Shown here piece by piece: positions 1-16,775 of a stretch of DNA of 64,000 nt. Within the stretch, counting starts at the first letter, position 1; every line of letters starts with the position of its first letter. The DNA is from Alphaproteobacteria bacterium (GTDB taxonomy: Bacteria > Pseudomonadota > Alphaproteobacteria > Caulobacterales > Hyphomonadaceae): positions 20,881 through 84,880 of the forward strand of contig JAWXBJ010000090.1 of the NCBI GenBank assembly GCA_034439955.1, read 5' to 3'. The notes beneath the pieces were generated by a model. The model was not told the origin of the DNA and ran no database searches. It worked only from the letters and a program-made list of their open reading frames with translations. The position numbers and the translations under genes were made by a program.

Positions 1-179
1 CGGCCTACGCCCATGGTGAAACCCTGCTGGTGTCGGAGGGCGACACTGTGATGCAGGGACAGGCGATCGCGCGCGTCGGAGCGACAGGGTCTGCGGCGCA
101 ACCCCAGGTGCATTTCGAGCTGCGCAGGGGCAAGCAGCCCGTCAATCCTGAACAACATCTCCCGGTGGCCAGAGGGTAG
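1..179 (+). CDS. M23/LytM-family metallopeptidase, C-terminal fragment (5' end lies outside the window)
   Basis: The frame from nt 3 reads AYAHGETLLVSEGDTVMQGQAIARVGATGSAAQPQVHFELRRGKQPVNP and stops at TAG 177-179. The G.TG....P.VHFE.R motif is typical of M23 peptidases. Confidence 0.75.
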   Translation, partial: AYAHGETLLVSEGDTVMQGQAIARVGATGSAAQPQVHFELRRGKQPVNPEQHLPVARG

Positions 180-294
180 TCTCGCCGCGCAAGCAAGCGG
201 CTCGCGATTGCCAAGCCGGCCGCCAAGGTTATAGTCCGCTCGCTGTGCCTCCCCCTCGCTGGCGGGAGCGCAACCAGTTTCCCACGGAGCCCCG

Positions 295-651
295 ATGCTG
301 CTGTCACATGCGTTCTTTCAGGCTGTTGCTCCCGGCGCCGGGGGCGGGGCGGCGTCGAGCCTGCTCGTGAACCTTCTTCCGATGGTCGGCATCATCGCGA
401 TTTTCTACTTTTTGCTGATCCGGCCGCAGAATCAACGGGCGAAAAAACACAAGGAAATGCTGGGCGCGCTCAAGAAGGGTGACGCCGTCGTCACCTCCGG
501 CGGAATTCTCGGCAAGGTGCTCAAGATCGCTGACAGCGAAGTCACGATAGACACGGGCGAGGGAGGCAAACTGCGGATACTGCGCGGAATGATCCTTGAG
601 GTGCAAACCAAAAGCGAATTGGCTCCGGCCAACGACGTCAAGGAGAGCTGA
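295..651 (+). CDS. yajC: Preprotein translocase subunit YajC
   Basis: 118 aa. It has one TM helix followed by FYFLLIRPQNQRAKKHKEMLGALKKGDAVVTSGGILGKV, the YajC signature. It sits immediately upstream of secD. Confidence 0.9.
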   Translation: MLLSHAFFQAVAPGAGGGAASSLLVNLLPMVGIIAIFYFLLIRPQNQRAKKHKEMLGALKKGDAVVTSGGILGKVLKIADSEVTIDTGEGGKLRILRGMILEVQTKSELAPANDVKES

Positions 652-657
652 TTCTCC

Positions 658-2280
658 ATGCTTTTGCGTTTTGAGGCCTGGAAGGTCACGCTCATCATGG
701 CGGCCCTTATCCTGGGCGCGCTTCTTGTGTTGCCGAACTTCGCTTCTCTTGCTCCCTATACGAGTTGGCTGCCGACGGGGCCCATGAAGCTCGGTCTCGA
801 CCTCCGCGGCGGAGCGTCGATCCTGCTGGAAGTGGATCCGGTCGAACTCGAAACCAACAGGATGCGCGAGCTGTCGCGCGACGTTCGCGGCGCGCTGAGC
901 CAGAGGCCGGGAATCATTTCCCCGCAGCGCAACGTCGTCGATAAGCCCAATCCTGCGGCCAATTCCCCGACCAAAGAATTGCAAATCTCCTTGCGCGACG
1001 CGGCTGACATGGCGGAGGCGATCCGGCGCATCGAGCGGCTCGGCAATCCACCTGTGGGCGCGATCGGCGTCGCCAATACGCTCGATGTGAGGCAGGCGGG
1101 CGCGGACCGTATCGTGATCTCGCTCACCCGTGAGGCGCTCGACAAGCTCCGCGCCGACGCGCTCAGCAACTCGATGGAGGCTGTGCGCCGGCGGGTCGAC
1201 AATTCGGGCACAGTCGAGCCCAACATCCAGAAGCAGGGCGACAACCGCATTATCGTCGAGGTTCCCGGTCTCGACGACCCGACGTCACTGATCGATGTGA
1301 TCACCCAGGCCGGCGTGTTGACCTTCAACCTGGTGGACGTCCAGGCCAGCCCTGCGGACTATGAGCCCAACGTGCCGCGCAACGGGCGCCTGGCGCTTCC
1401 GGACGACAGCCTCAACGGACAGGTCCAGGTAATCTTCGAGGATCCCATCATCACCGGGGCCGATCTCCAGTCGGCGTCGCAAAGCTTCGACCAGAACAAC
1501 CGGCCCGCTATCAGCTTCCAGCTTCGTCCTGCGGGCGCCCAGCGCTTTGGGAAGACAACGACGGACAATGTCGGAACGCCCTTCGCCATCGTGCTCGACA
1601 ACAGGATCGTCTCGGCTCCAAACATCCGTTCGCCAATCACCGGCGGTTCAGGTGTGATCGAAGGCAGCTTCACCCTGGAAGAAGCCGAGAACCTCGCAGT
1701 GGTCCTGCGGTCGGGCGCCCTTCCGGCCAAGCTGCAGGTCGCCGAGCGCCGGCTGGTCGGCGCCGGCCTGGGCGCGGATTCGATCCGCATGGGCGTCACG
1801 GCTTCGGTTATCGGGGTCGCGCTTGTCGCGGCGTTCATGATCGCCGCCTACGGGCTGCTCGGGGTGTTCGCGGTCATCGCGCTCCTCTGCAACCTCTTCT
1901 TGATGATGGGGGTGCTGTCGCTTCTCGGCGCCACGCTGACCCTGCCGGGGATCGCCGGGATCCTGCTCACCATGGGCATGGCCGTCGATTACAACGTGCT
2001 CATTTTCGAACGCATACGCGAGGAAAAACGCAATGGCCGCGCCCCGGTCTCCTCGGTTGAGGTGGGCTACAAGGAGGCGATGGCGACGATCATCGACGCC
2101 AACGTGACTCACCTCGTGGCTGCCCTCGTCATGTTCAACCTGGGGTCAGGGCCAGTCCGCGGTTTCGCCCTGACGCTGGCGATCGGGATCATCACCTCGT
2201 TTTTCACGGCGGTGATCGTCGCCCGACTGATCATGTCGGTGTGGCTGAAGACGGCGCGTCCTAGGGCGATCCCGATCTGA
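658..2280 (+). CDS. secD: Protein translocase subunit SecD (stand-alone, not fused to SecF)
   Basis: 540 aa with an N-terminal TM, a large periplasmic domain and a C-terminal 5-TM block (GIAGILLTMGMAVDYNVLIFERIREE). Typical SecD architecture, in yajC-secD order. Confidence 0.93.
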   Translation: MLLRFEAWKVTLIMAALILGALLVLPNFASLAPYTSWLPTGPMKLGLDLRGGASILLEVDPVELETNRMRELSRDVRGALSQRPGIISPQRNVVDKPNPAANSPTKELQISLRDAADMAEAIRRIERLGNPPVGAIGVANTLDVRQAGADRIVISLTREALDKLRADALSNSMEAVRRRVDNSGTVEPNIQKQGDNRIIVEVPGLDDPTSLIDVITQAGVLTFNLVDVQASPADYEPNVPRNGRLALPDDSLNGQVQVIFEDPIITGADLQSASQSFDQNNRPAISFQLRPAGAQRFGKTTTDNVGTPFAIVLDNRIVSAPNIRSPITGGSGVIEGSFTLEEAENLAVVLRSGALPAKLQVAERRLVGAGLGADSIRMGVTASVIGVALVAAFMIAAYGLLGVFAVIALLCNLFLMMGVLSLLGATLTLPGIAGILLTMGMAVDYNVLIFERIREEKRNGRAPVSSVEVGYKEAMATIIDANVTHLVAALVMFNLGSGPVRGFALTLAIGIITSFFTAVIVARLIMSVWLKTARPRAIPI

Positions 2281-2487
2281 GAGAATGCAAATGAGCGAAT
2301 AGAGGATTGCGATAGAGGGAATAACGCTCCGATGCGGGTCTGACACGTCAATTGCGCCATACTCCATTCCCTGTTCGCCTATTCAACTCCTCGTCGCAAT
2401 TTCCCATCTTCGCCATGGACGGCGCTGGCGGGATGCCCTAGACGCACGCGTTCGAATGCTGAACTCTCTAGCGAGCCTCGCCCTTCC

Positions 2488-2712
2488 ATGGCCGACACGA
2501 CCGCCGAAAAGAAAAAAAGCGTAGGTCCGCTCACCTTCTTCGCTCAGGTGCGCCAGGAAGCCCGCAAGGTCACCTGGACGACCCGCAAGGAAACCGTCGC
2601 GGCGACTATCATGGTGCTGATCATGGTCGTTGTGGCGGCTATTTTCTTCTTCGCTGCGGATCAGCTCGTGGCGTTCCTGGTTCGTCTCATCACGCAGGTC
2701 GGGTCGCTTTGA
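2488..2712 (+). CDS. secE: Preprotein translocase subunit SecE
   Basis: 74 aa with a single C-terminal TM and the FFAQVRQEARKVTWTTRKET motif. It lies directly upstream of nusG and overlaps it. Confidence 0.9.
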   Translation: MADTTAEKKKSVGPLTFFAQVRQEARKVTWTTRKETVAATIMVLIMVVVAAIFFFAADQLVAFLVRLITQVGSL

Positions 2713-3251
2713 TGGCTGACGCCAAATGGTACATCGTCCACGCCTACTCGAACTTCGAGAAGAAGGTCGCAGCCACCATTCGCGAGCAGGCCGACATGCA
2801 GGGGCTGTCGGAACTGATCGAGGACATCGAGGTGCCGACCGAAGAGGTTGTGGAGGTCGTGCGCGGTCGCAAGCGGACGGTCGAAAAGCGCCATATGCCC
2901 GGCTATGTACTGGTCAAGATGAAGCTGACAGACGAGGCCTACCACCTCGTCAAGAACACGCCGAAGGTCACGGGTTTCCTCGGCGCCGAGGGGGGCAAGA
3001 AGCCCCTGCCGGTGCCCGAATCCGAAGTTAAGCGCATTCTGGGGCAGGCGACAGACATCGCCGAGCGTCCACGCCATCTCATCGCCTTTGAGATTGGGGA
3101 AAAGGTGAAGGTGACGGACGGCCCGTTCGCATCGTTCGAGGGCGCGGTCGAGGACATAGACGAGAGCGCCGGGCGCCTCAAGGTTTCAGTTTCGATCTTC
3201 GGGCGGGCAACGCCTGTTGATCTCGAATACGGCCAGGTCGAGAAGGTTTAG
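2712..3251 (+). CDS. nusG: Transcription termination/antitermination factor NusG
   Basis: Reads MADAKWYIVHAYSNFEKKV and carries a C-terminal KOW motif. ATG 2712 overlaps the secE TGA (TGATG). The ORF track starts 3 nt earlier, at a TTG. Confidence 0.95.
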   Translation: MADAKWYIVHAYSNFEKKVAATIREQADMQGLSELIEDIEVPTEEVVEVVRGRKRTVEKRHMPGYVLVKMKLTDEAYHLVKNTPKVTGFLGAEGGKKPLPVPESEVKRILGQATDIAERPRHLIAFEIGEKVKVTDGPFASFEGAVEDIDESAGRLKVSVSIFGRATPVDLEYGQVEKV

Positions 3252-3265
3252 ATCGGAAGCCAGGT

Positions 3266-3448
3266 CTAACTGGCGCGCGTGCTGACAAGCACGAGCAACG
3301 CGACAACCCCGACCAGCGTCAAAGCCTGCACCACTAGCAGCACCGTGATTGCCAACTTCAGAGTTGCTACGGATTGTTTGATCTGATCAATCGGTCGGGT
3401 GACGGTCTCCACCGCCATTTGTCCCACCGCCTTGGCCGCGTCCAGCAT
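3266..3448 (-). CDS. Hypothetical small single-pass membrane protein (~60 aa)
   Basis: Internal Met of the 108-aa ORF: MLDAAKAVGQMAVETVTRPIDQIKQSVATLKLAITVLLVVQALTLVGVVALLVLVSTRAS. It has a C-terminal hydrophobic helix. On the coding strand a TATACT -10-like hexamer and an AGGGA lie upstream. I recognise no family, and the start is uncertain (3592, 3499 and 3418 are also possible). Confidence 0.35.
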   Translation of the reverse strand: MLDAAKAVGQMAVETVTRPIDQIKQSVATLKLAITVLLVVQALTLVGVVALLVLVSTRAS

Positions 3449-3538
3449 TCTTGGTCCCTTTGCGAAAATGGTCCAGTATAGACTCGTGCTCCTTGCCATT
3501 GGAAATTGACAATGGTCCTGGCGCCGGAGAACAATCGC

Positions 3539-3817
3539 ATGAGTACCCCATCGGATGACCAGGTACGACTGTGGGGCATTATCATCACCCATGGACTTGT
3601 AGACGAGTATGAACGCGACTGGCTTGGGCGTGTGAGGTCACGCCATACCCAGCGCTATATCCGCGCCGACTTTACGCCCGAGCTGGCTCAATTTGTCCTC
3701 GGCGCTGGCGCCACATTGCAGGGCGTCGCCGGCGGCGCCAAGGCTGCAATTACGGCCGCGCCCGATCAGTTACGCAAGCTTCTTGCGAACCTGCAGGAGC
3801 CGAAGCCGCGCGGGTGA
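3539..3817 (+). CDS. Hypothetical protein (~92 aa), divergent from the small membrane ORF
   Basis: Open frame MSTPSDDQVRLWGIIITHGLVDEYERDWLGRVRSRHTQRYIRADF... with protein-like composition. I recognise no family. An alternative start is at 3506. Confidence 0.35.
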   Translation: MSTPSDDQVRLWGIIITHGLVDEYERDWLGRVRSRHTQRYIRADFTPELAQFVLGAGATLQGVAGGAKAAITAAPDQLRKLLANLQEPKPRG

Positions 3818-3851
3818 AGCCAGATGCTGACGGCTTTCGCCGCTTCCCAAG

Positions 3852-4094
3852 TCAGTCAGGACCATGCAAGGGGCCGCTCGAGTTGTCCGCGTACGTTGCC
3901 GCGAGGATGGAGTGGCAATGAAGATCGTGCGTCAGGACGGCGAAATCTTGCGTTCTGGCGTAGACCATAATCTCGGCATCGGCGGCATCGGCCGGACCGA
4001 TATCCTCCGTTGCGTTGCAGGAAAGCCGGCCTCAACCAGCAGAGCGGCCGTGGTTTCCACCTCGCAGCTGGACAAATAGCCGTTTTTCCGCCAT
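3852..4094 (-). pseudogene. Degraded PIN-like (DUF5615 / Mut7-C-like) toxin-type gene with at least two frameshifts
   Basis: Minus-strand translation must change frame twice. It reads MAEKR.. (ATG 4094-4092), then YLSSCEVETTAALLVEAGFPAT, then TEDIGPADAADAEIMVYARTQDFAVLTHDLHCHSILAATYADNSS. This resembles the DUF5615 pattern L.DENLS..L...L..AGH.A.HV.D.GL..A.D.EI..YA.....V.VT.D.DF, recalled from memory. An A5 run sits at the first shift. Confidence 0.4.
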
Positions 4095-4216
4095 TAGCCG
4101 GCCCTCGCGTGGGAGGCTTTAGCCCGCCGCACCACGCACCCCTGCCTGCCCGGATGATCCGGGGAGGTACCGGGCGGCGGTGAAATACCCGTCGTCCATC
4201 CACAAAAGAGGGATAC

Positions 4217-4645
4217 ATGGCGAAGAAACTGCTGGGGAGTCTGAAGCTTCAGGTCCCCGCCGGAGCGGCGAATCCGTCGCCTCCGATCGGCCCCGCACTA
4301 GGTCAGCGCGGCATCAACATCATGGAGTTCTGCAAGGCGTTCAACGCCCGCACGCAGGAACAGCCGAAGGGCATGCCCCTTCCGGTCGTGATCACTTATT
4401 ATCAGGACAAGTCCTTCACCTTCGAGATCAAGACGCCTCCCGCCAGCTATCTTCTCAAGCAGGCGGCCAAGATCCAGGGCGGCTCCAAGCTCCCGGGCCG
4501 CGACAGCGCCGGCACGGTGACGATGGGCCAGTGCCGCGACATCGCGAAGCTGAAGCTGAAGGATCTCAATACGGACGACATCGATGAGGGCGCGCGCAGC
4601 ATTGCTGGCTCGGCCCGGTCGATGGGCATCCTGGTTACGGAGTAG
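4217..4645 (+). CDS. rplK: 50S ribosomal protein L11
   Basis: 142 aa. [35 protein letters not shown] is the canonical L11 N-terminal domain. Confidence 0.97.
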   Translation: MAKKLLGSLKLQVPAGAANPSPPIGPALGQRGINIMEFCKAFNARTQEQPKGMPLPVVITYYQDKSFTFEIKTPPASYLLKQAAKIQGGSKLPGRDSAGTVTMGQCRDIAKLKLKDLNTDDIDEGARSIAGSARSMGILVTE

Positions 4646-4650
4646 GCGTC

Positions 4651-5358
4651 ATGGCAAAACTCGGTAAACGCACGGCTGCGGCGCGCGCCAAGGTCGATCC
4701 GGAGAAAATCTACGCCATCGCCGACGCGGTGAAGATGGTGAAGGACAATGCAAAGGCGAAGTTCGACGAAACCATCGAGGTCGCGGTCAATCTGGGTGTC
4801 GATCCCAAGCACGCCGACCAGATGGTCCGCGGCGTGTGCTTGCTGCCCAACGGCACTGGCCGGACGGTTCGGGTCGCGGTGTTCGCGCGCGATAAGAAGG
4901 CCGACGAGGCACGTGCGGCGGGGGCGGACATTGTCGGCGCCGAAGACCTGTTCGATACTGTAAATGGCGGCACGATCAATTTTGATCGGGTCATCGCCAC
5001 GCCGGATATGATGGGATTGGTCGGCCGTCTCGGCAAGGTTCTGGGACCAAAGGGCCTGATGCCAAACCCGAAAGTCGGCTCGGTCACGATGAACATCTCG
5101 CAGGCCGTCAAAGACGCCAAGGGGGGGTCGGTCGAGTTCCGCGTCGAAAAGGCGGGGATCATTCACGCTGGCGTCGGCAAGGCAAGCTTCACGGAAGCGG
5201 CGCTCGAAGAAAACGTGAAAGCGTTTGTCGGAGCCCTCATGAAGGCCAAGCCCTCGGGCGCGAAAGGCACCTACGTCAAAAAGGTCGCCCTGTCTTCCAC
5301 CATGGGCCCCGGCGTCGCCATTGACGTCTCGACGGTGAACCAGTCCACCGGCGGCTGA
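4651..5358 (+). CDS. rplA: 50S ribosomal protein L1
   Basis: 235 aa. Contains [24 protein letters not shown] and [19 protein letters not shown], and follows rplK. Confidence 0.97.
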   Translation: MAKLGKRTAAARAKVDPEKIYAIADAVKMVKDNAKAKFDETIEVAVNLGVDPKHADQMVRGVCLLPNGTGRTVRVAVFARDKKADEARAAGADIVGAEDLFDTVNGGTINFDRVIATPDMMGLVGRLGKVLGPKGLMPNPKVGSVTMNISQAVKDAKGGSVEFRVEKAGIIHAGVGKASFTEAALEENVKAFVGALMKAKPSGAKGTYVKKVALSSTMGPGVAIDVSTVNQSTGG

Positions 5359-5373
5359 TCTTGCTGCTGTTCA

Positions 5374-5415
5374 ATAATAAAGGCCGGCCCGGACGACCTG
5401 GCCGGCCTTTATTAT
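5374..5415 (+). terminator. Rho-independent terminator after rplKA
   Basis: A perfect 16-bp stem pairs ATAATAAAGGCCGGCC (5374-5389) with GGCCGGCCTTTATTAT (5400-5415) around a 10-nt loop. The 3' arm is T-rich. Confidence 0.7.
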
Positions 5416-5565
5416 CGATGCAAGGCTCCGGTCAGGTCTTCGCAAGACGGGACCTTCAGGCCATGCAGGTGGCGAACTGGGCGTAGCGACAGGAATGCGG
5501 GCCAGAACGCGCCGCAGGAGGGCAAATCCGCCCTGAAAGTGAAAAAATGAAAAAAGCAAGAGGCG

Positions 5566-5594
5566 CTTGCAAGTACAAGATTGGGCGGCTATAC
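5566..5594 (+). promoter_or_regulatory. Candidate sigma-70 promoter for rplJL(-rpoBC)
   Basis: CTTGCA (5566-5571), N17, CTATAC (5589-5594). This is close to the rhizobial CTTGAC-N17-CTATAT consensus. Confidence 0.5.
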
Positions 5595-5929
5595 GCGCCC
5601 CTCTGGAGGATTCGTTAATCGAGTCTTCCTAGATTCTACTCGTCCATGATTGCAGGTGGAATTCGGGCGTCGCTGCTCTTTCCATAATTGTTGCCTGCAT
5701 GAGACGGGGTGTGACGGGACGCGGGTGCGTTGTCGGTGAAGGCCGGCGGCGTCGCCCTTGAGTTCGTTTTTGCCCTGGGACGGGGGCGCGCGAGGTCCAT
5801 GTGACCGCAGCGCCTTCCGGAACAGCCGTCCTTACAGGGCCGGCGCGTTGCGAGGGCGAGGCGACCGCGAGTCCTGCGTGCGCATCCTGGGGCGGCTGGA
5901 CGGTCTGGCTGTCCGCTATGGAGACCGCA
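5595..5929 (+). promoter_or_regulatory. Long rplJ 5' leader (candidate L10-(L12)4 autoregulatory leader)
   Basis: About 330 nt of non-coding sequence lie between the predicted promoter and the rplJ ATG. The 214-aa ORF running through it is Ala/Gly/Trp-rich and does not look like L10. I did not resolve any structure. Confidence 0.35.
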
Positions 5930-6445
5930 ATGGATAAAGCTGGAAAAGCCGTTGCCCTGGAGGCGTATAGAAGCGTCTTCGCGGAGGCAGGCGTGGTTGT
6001 TGTCACGCAGTATACCGGGCTCACCGTCGCGGAAATGACTGATCTGCGCACTAGGCTGAAAGGCGAGGGCGCGCGGTTGAAGGTGATCAAGAACCGTCTG
6101 GCTGTCATCGCTCTTGACGGCAAGGGCGGAGACGGCGCGGCCAGGCTTTTCGTCGGGCCGGTCGCCATCGCCTACTCCGCCGACCCGGTGGCCGCCCCCA
6201 AGGTGGTCGCCGAGTATGCCAAGAAGAACGAGAAGCTCGTTCTGGTCGGCGGCATCATGGGCGAATCGGTGCTCGACCAGAATGGCGTGAAGACACTCGC
6301 TTCGCTGCCGTCGCTGGACCAGCTCCGCGGCAAGATCATCGGACTCATCCAGGCGCCTGCGACCAAGATCGCCGGCATCTTGCAGGCCCCCGGCGGCCAG
6401 CTGGCGCGCGTCATAGGCGCCTACGCCAGCAAGGACGCCGCCTGA
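5930..6445 (+). CDS. rplJ: 50S ribosomal protein L10
   Basis: MDKAGKAVALEAYRSVFAEAGVVVVTQYTGLTVAEMTDLRTRLK... gives 171 aa from ATG 5930, the normal L10 length. ATG 5918 is an alternative. The 5801 start in the ORF track is rejected. Confidence 0.92.
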   Translation: MDKAGKAVALEAYRSVFAEAGVVVVTQYTGLTVAEMTDLRTRLKGEGARLKVIKNRLAVIALDGKGGDGAARLFVGPVAIAYSADPVAAPKVVAEYAKKNEKLVLVGGIMGESVLDQNGVKTLASLPSLDQLRGKIIGLIQAPATKIAGILQAPGGQLARVIGAYASKDAA

Positions 6446-6519
6446 CCCCGGTCATTTTCAGTACGGAAGCCCAGCACTTCCCATCCCACGTCACACACAC
6501 CATCTGAAGGAACCCTCAA

Positions 6520-6900
6520 ATGTCAAAACTCGAAAAAATCGTCGATGATCTGTCGTCGCTGACCGTTCTTGAAGCGGCTGAACTCGCCAAGCTACTGGAA
6601 GGGAAGTGGGGCGTTTCGGCGGCGGCGCCTGTGGCTGCCGCCGCTCCGGCCGGAGGCGGCGCCGCTGCCGCGCCCGTCGAAGCCCAGACCGAGTTCTCGG
6701 TCGTTCTCACGGCCGCTGGCGACAAGAAGATCAACGTCATCAAGGTCGTGCGCGAAGTTGTTCCAAGCCTTGGCCTGAAGGAGGCCAAGGATCTGGTGGA
6801 GGCGGCGCCCAAGGCTGTCAAGGAAGGCGTCACCAAAGAGGAAGCCGAAACCATCAAGAAAAAACTGGAAGACGCCGGCGCTAAGGTCGAACTCAAGTAG
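6520..6900 (+). CDS. rplL: 50S ribosomal protein L7/L12
   Basis: 126 aa with an Ala-rich hinge and the C-terminal domain [41 protein letters not shown]. Confidence 0.97.
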   Translation: MSKLEKIVDDLSSLTVLEAAELAKLLEGKWGVSAAAPVAAAAPAGGGAAAAPVEAQTEFSVVLTAAGDKKINVIKVVREVVPSLGLKEAKDLVEAAPKAVKEGVTKEEAETIKKKLEDAGAKVELK

Positions 6901-6941
6901 ATCCGCCTCAGCGTCGGGCGGCGCTCCTGCAAGGGGGGGCC

Positions 6942-6962
6942 GCCGACGCATGTCGGCCTTTT
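6942..6962 (+). terminator. Weak hairpin/attenuator between rplL and rpoB
   Basis: GCCGAC (6942-6947) pairs with GTCGGC (6952-6957) around a 4-nt loop, followed by CTTTT. The position matches the known rplL-rpoB attenuator in other bacteria. Confidence 0.35.
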
Positions 6963-7115
6963 CCCGCGCGGTGGAGAGGCTGACATCAAGTTCAGAGTTG
7001 GCGCTTCGACCGCTTGTCGGTCGCCGCGCCCCGCGCACCGGATACAGGCCTGTCGCTGACACTCTCCCGCTTCCCCGGAAGATGAAGTCGCGGCGCAGAA
7101 TAAGAGATCGAGAGC

Positions 7116-11219
<4,104 letters not shown>

Positions 11220-11303
11220 TCCTCGCCATGAACTACGCCGCCCAAATACTCTTCCTGCCGCGCGTCGGCCGGAAGATCACCCCAAGAGGGAGATAGCGTC
11301 AGG

Positions 11304-15479
<4,176 letters not shown>

Positions 15480-15505
15480 GGGCCAGGCCAAGCCTGGCGA
15501 GAGTT

Positions 15506-15549
15506 CGGGCGCGGCGTCCCCCGGGGGATTCCGCGCCCGGTCTATTTTT
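15506..15549 (+). terminator. Rho-independent terminator after rpoC
   Basis: CGGGCGCGG (15506-15514) pairs with CCGCGCCCG (15531-15539), with inner CCCCC/GGGGG pairing. It is followed by GTCTATTTTT. Confidence 0.7.
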
Positions 15550-15655
15550 AGGTGGTGAAATTTGAGCCCGGGAGCCATTTGCGTCGTGCGCGTCGGATCA
15601 GGCGGGAGCGTTGCAGAAATGGAGGAGGGAACCGCAAATTCCGGGGCTTCCAACA

Positions 15656-15684
15656 CTTGACCCCGCGCGGCCGCCCCTTTAAGA
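15656..15684 (+). promoter_or_regulatory. Possible promoter of the str operon (rpsL-rpsG-fusA-tuf)
   Basis: CTTGAC (15656-15661), N17, TTAAGA. The -35 is good and the -10 is weak. Confidence 0.3.
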
Positions 15685-15882
15685 CCGCGCTTCACATCGC
15701 CGGACTGGCTGTCGGACGTAGCTCCCAAACGCTGTTGTGACGATGTGACTTAAGAGAGCGAAAGCCTCCATAAGAGTTCGGCCGGGGCAGGCGCAGGTCT
15801 GTCGCGGCCCAAGGTTTTGGAAAAAGAGCGTCGTTCCGGCACATCCTTTCTGTCGGCGCGCGGGTTTGACGAGCGAGGGCTG

Positions 15883-16254
15883 ATGCCTACGATCCAACAG
15901 CTGATCCGCAAGCCGCGGACCGACAAGCCAAAGCGGAACAAGGTGCCCGCGCTCAAAGCCTGTCCCCAGCGCCGCGGCGTCTGCACGCGCGTCTACACGA
16001 CAACGCCGAAAAAGCCCAACTCCGCTCTTCGCAAGGTCGCCAAGGTTCGTCTGACGACGCAGCACGAAGCCGTCTGCTACATCCCCGGCGAAGGCCACAA
16101 TCTGCAGGAGCATTCCGTCGTGCTCATTCGCGGCGGCCGGGTCAAGGACTTGCCGGGCGTGCGCTATCACATTCTTCGCGGCGTCCTCGACACGCAGGGC
16201 GTCAAGGATCGCAAGAAGCGCCGGTCGCATTACGGCGTGAAACGCCCGAAATAA
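15883..16254 (+). CDS. rpsL: 30S ribosomal protein S12
   Basis: [12 protein letters not shown]... gives 123 aa from ATG 15883. The ORF track begins 66 nt upstream. Confidence 0.97.
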   Translation: MPTIQQLIRKPRTDKPKRNKVPALKACPQRRGVCTRVYTTTPKKPNSALRKVAKVRLTTQHEAVCYIPGEGHNLQEHSVVLIRGGRVKDLPGVRYHILRGVLDTQGVKDRKKRRSHYGVKRPK

Positions 16255-16266
16255 GCAGGTCAGATC

Positions 16267-16737
16267 ATGTCCCGTCGTCACCGCGCAGAAAAACGCCAGG
16301 TTCTTCCCGACGCCCAGTATGGCGATCAGGTCATCACCCGCTTCATGAATCAGGTGATGTACGAGGGCAAGAAAGCCGTCGCCGAACAGATCGTCTACGG
16401 CGCGCTCGAAGCGATTTCGACGCGCGGCAAACGGCCTGCGCCCGAGCTGTTTCACGAGGCGCTGGAAAATGTGGCGCCATCGGTCGAGGTCCGCTCGCGC
16501 AGGGTGGGGGGGGCGACCTACCAGGTTCCGGTCGAGGTCCGTCCCGAACGCCGTCAGGCGCTGGCGATCCGCTGGCTGATCATCGCCGCCCGTTCGCGCT
16601 CGGAAAACACGATGCAGGAGCGTCTGGCGGCCGAGCTGCTCGACGCGGCCAATGGGCGCGGCACCGCAGTCAAGAAGCGCGAAGACACGCACCGCATGGC
16701 GGAAGCCAACCGGGCCTTCTCGCACTACCGCTGGTAG
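16267..16737 (+). CDS. rpsG: 30S ribosomal protein S7
   Basis: 156 aa: [20 protein letters not shown]...[44 protein letters not shown]. Confidence 0.97.
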   Translation: MSRRHRAEKRQVLPDAQYGDQVITRFMNQVMYEGKKAVAEQIVYGALEAISTRGKRPAPELFHEALENVAPSVEVRSRRVGGATYQVPVEVRPERRQALAIRWLIIAARSRSENTMQERLAAELLDAANGRGTAVKKREDTHRMAEANRAFSHYRW

Positions 16738-16775
16738 CCGGCGGACAAGCAACAGAACGAACAGGGCGCTCCCCC

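Noticed and set aside
3864-4079. 71-aa plus-strand ORF (MQGAARVVRVRCREDGVAMKIVRQDGEILRSGVDHNLGIGG...) in the nusG-rplK spacer.
   Set aside because: It is exactly antisense to the PIN-like pseudogene segments, whose family resemblance is stronger. It is probably a shadow frame.
5801-5929. N-terminal 43-aa extension of rplJ, as listed in the ORF track.
   Set aside because: The extension (MTAAPSGTAVLTGPARCEGEATASPACASWGGW...) does not resemble L10. L10 of normal length starts at ATG 5930, and the upstream part is better explained as leader RNA.
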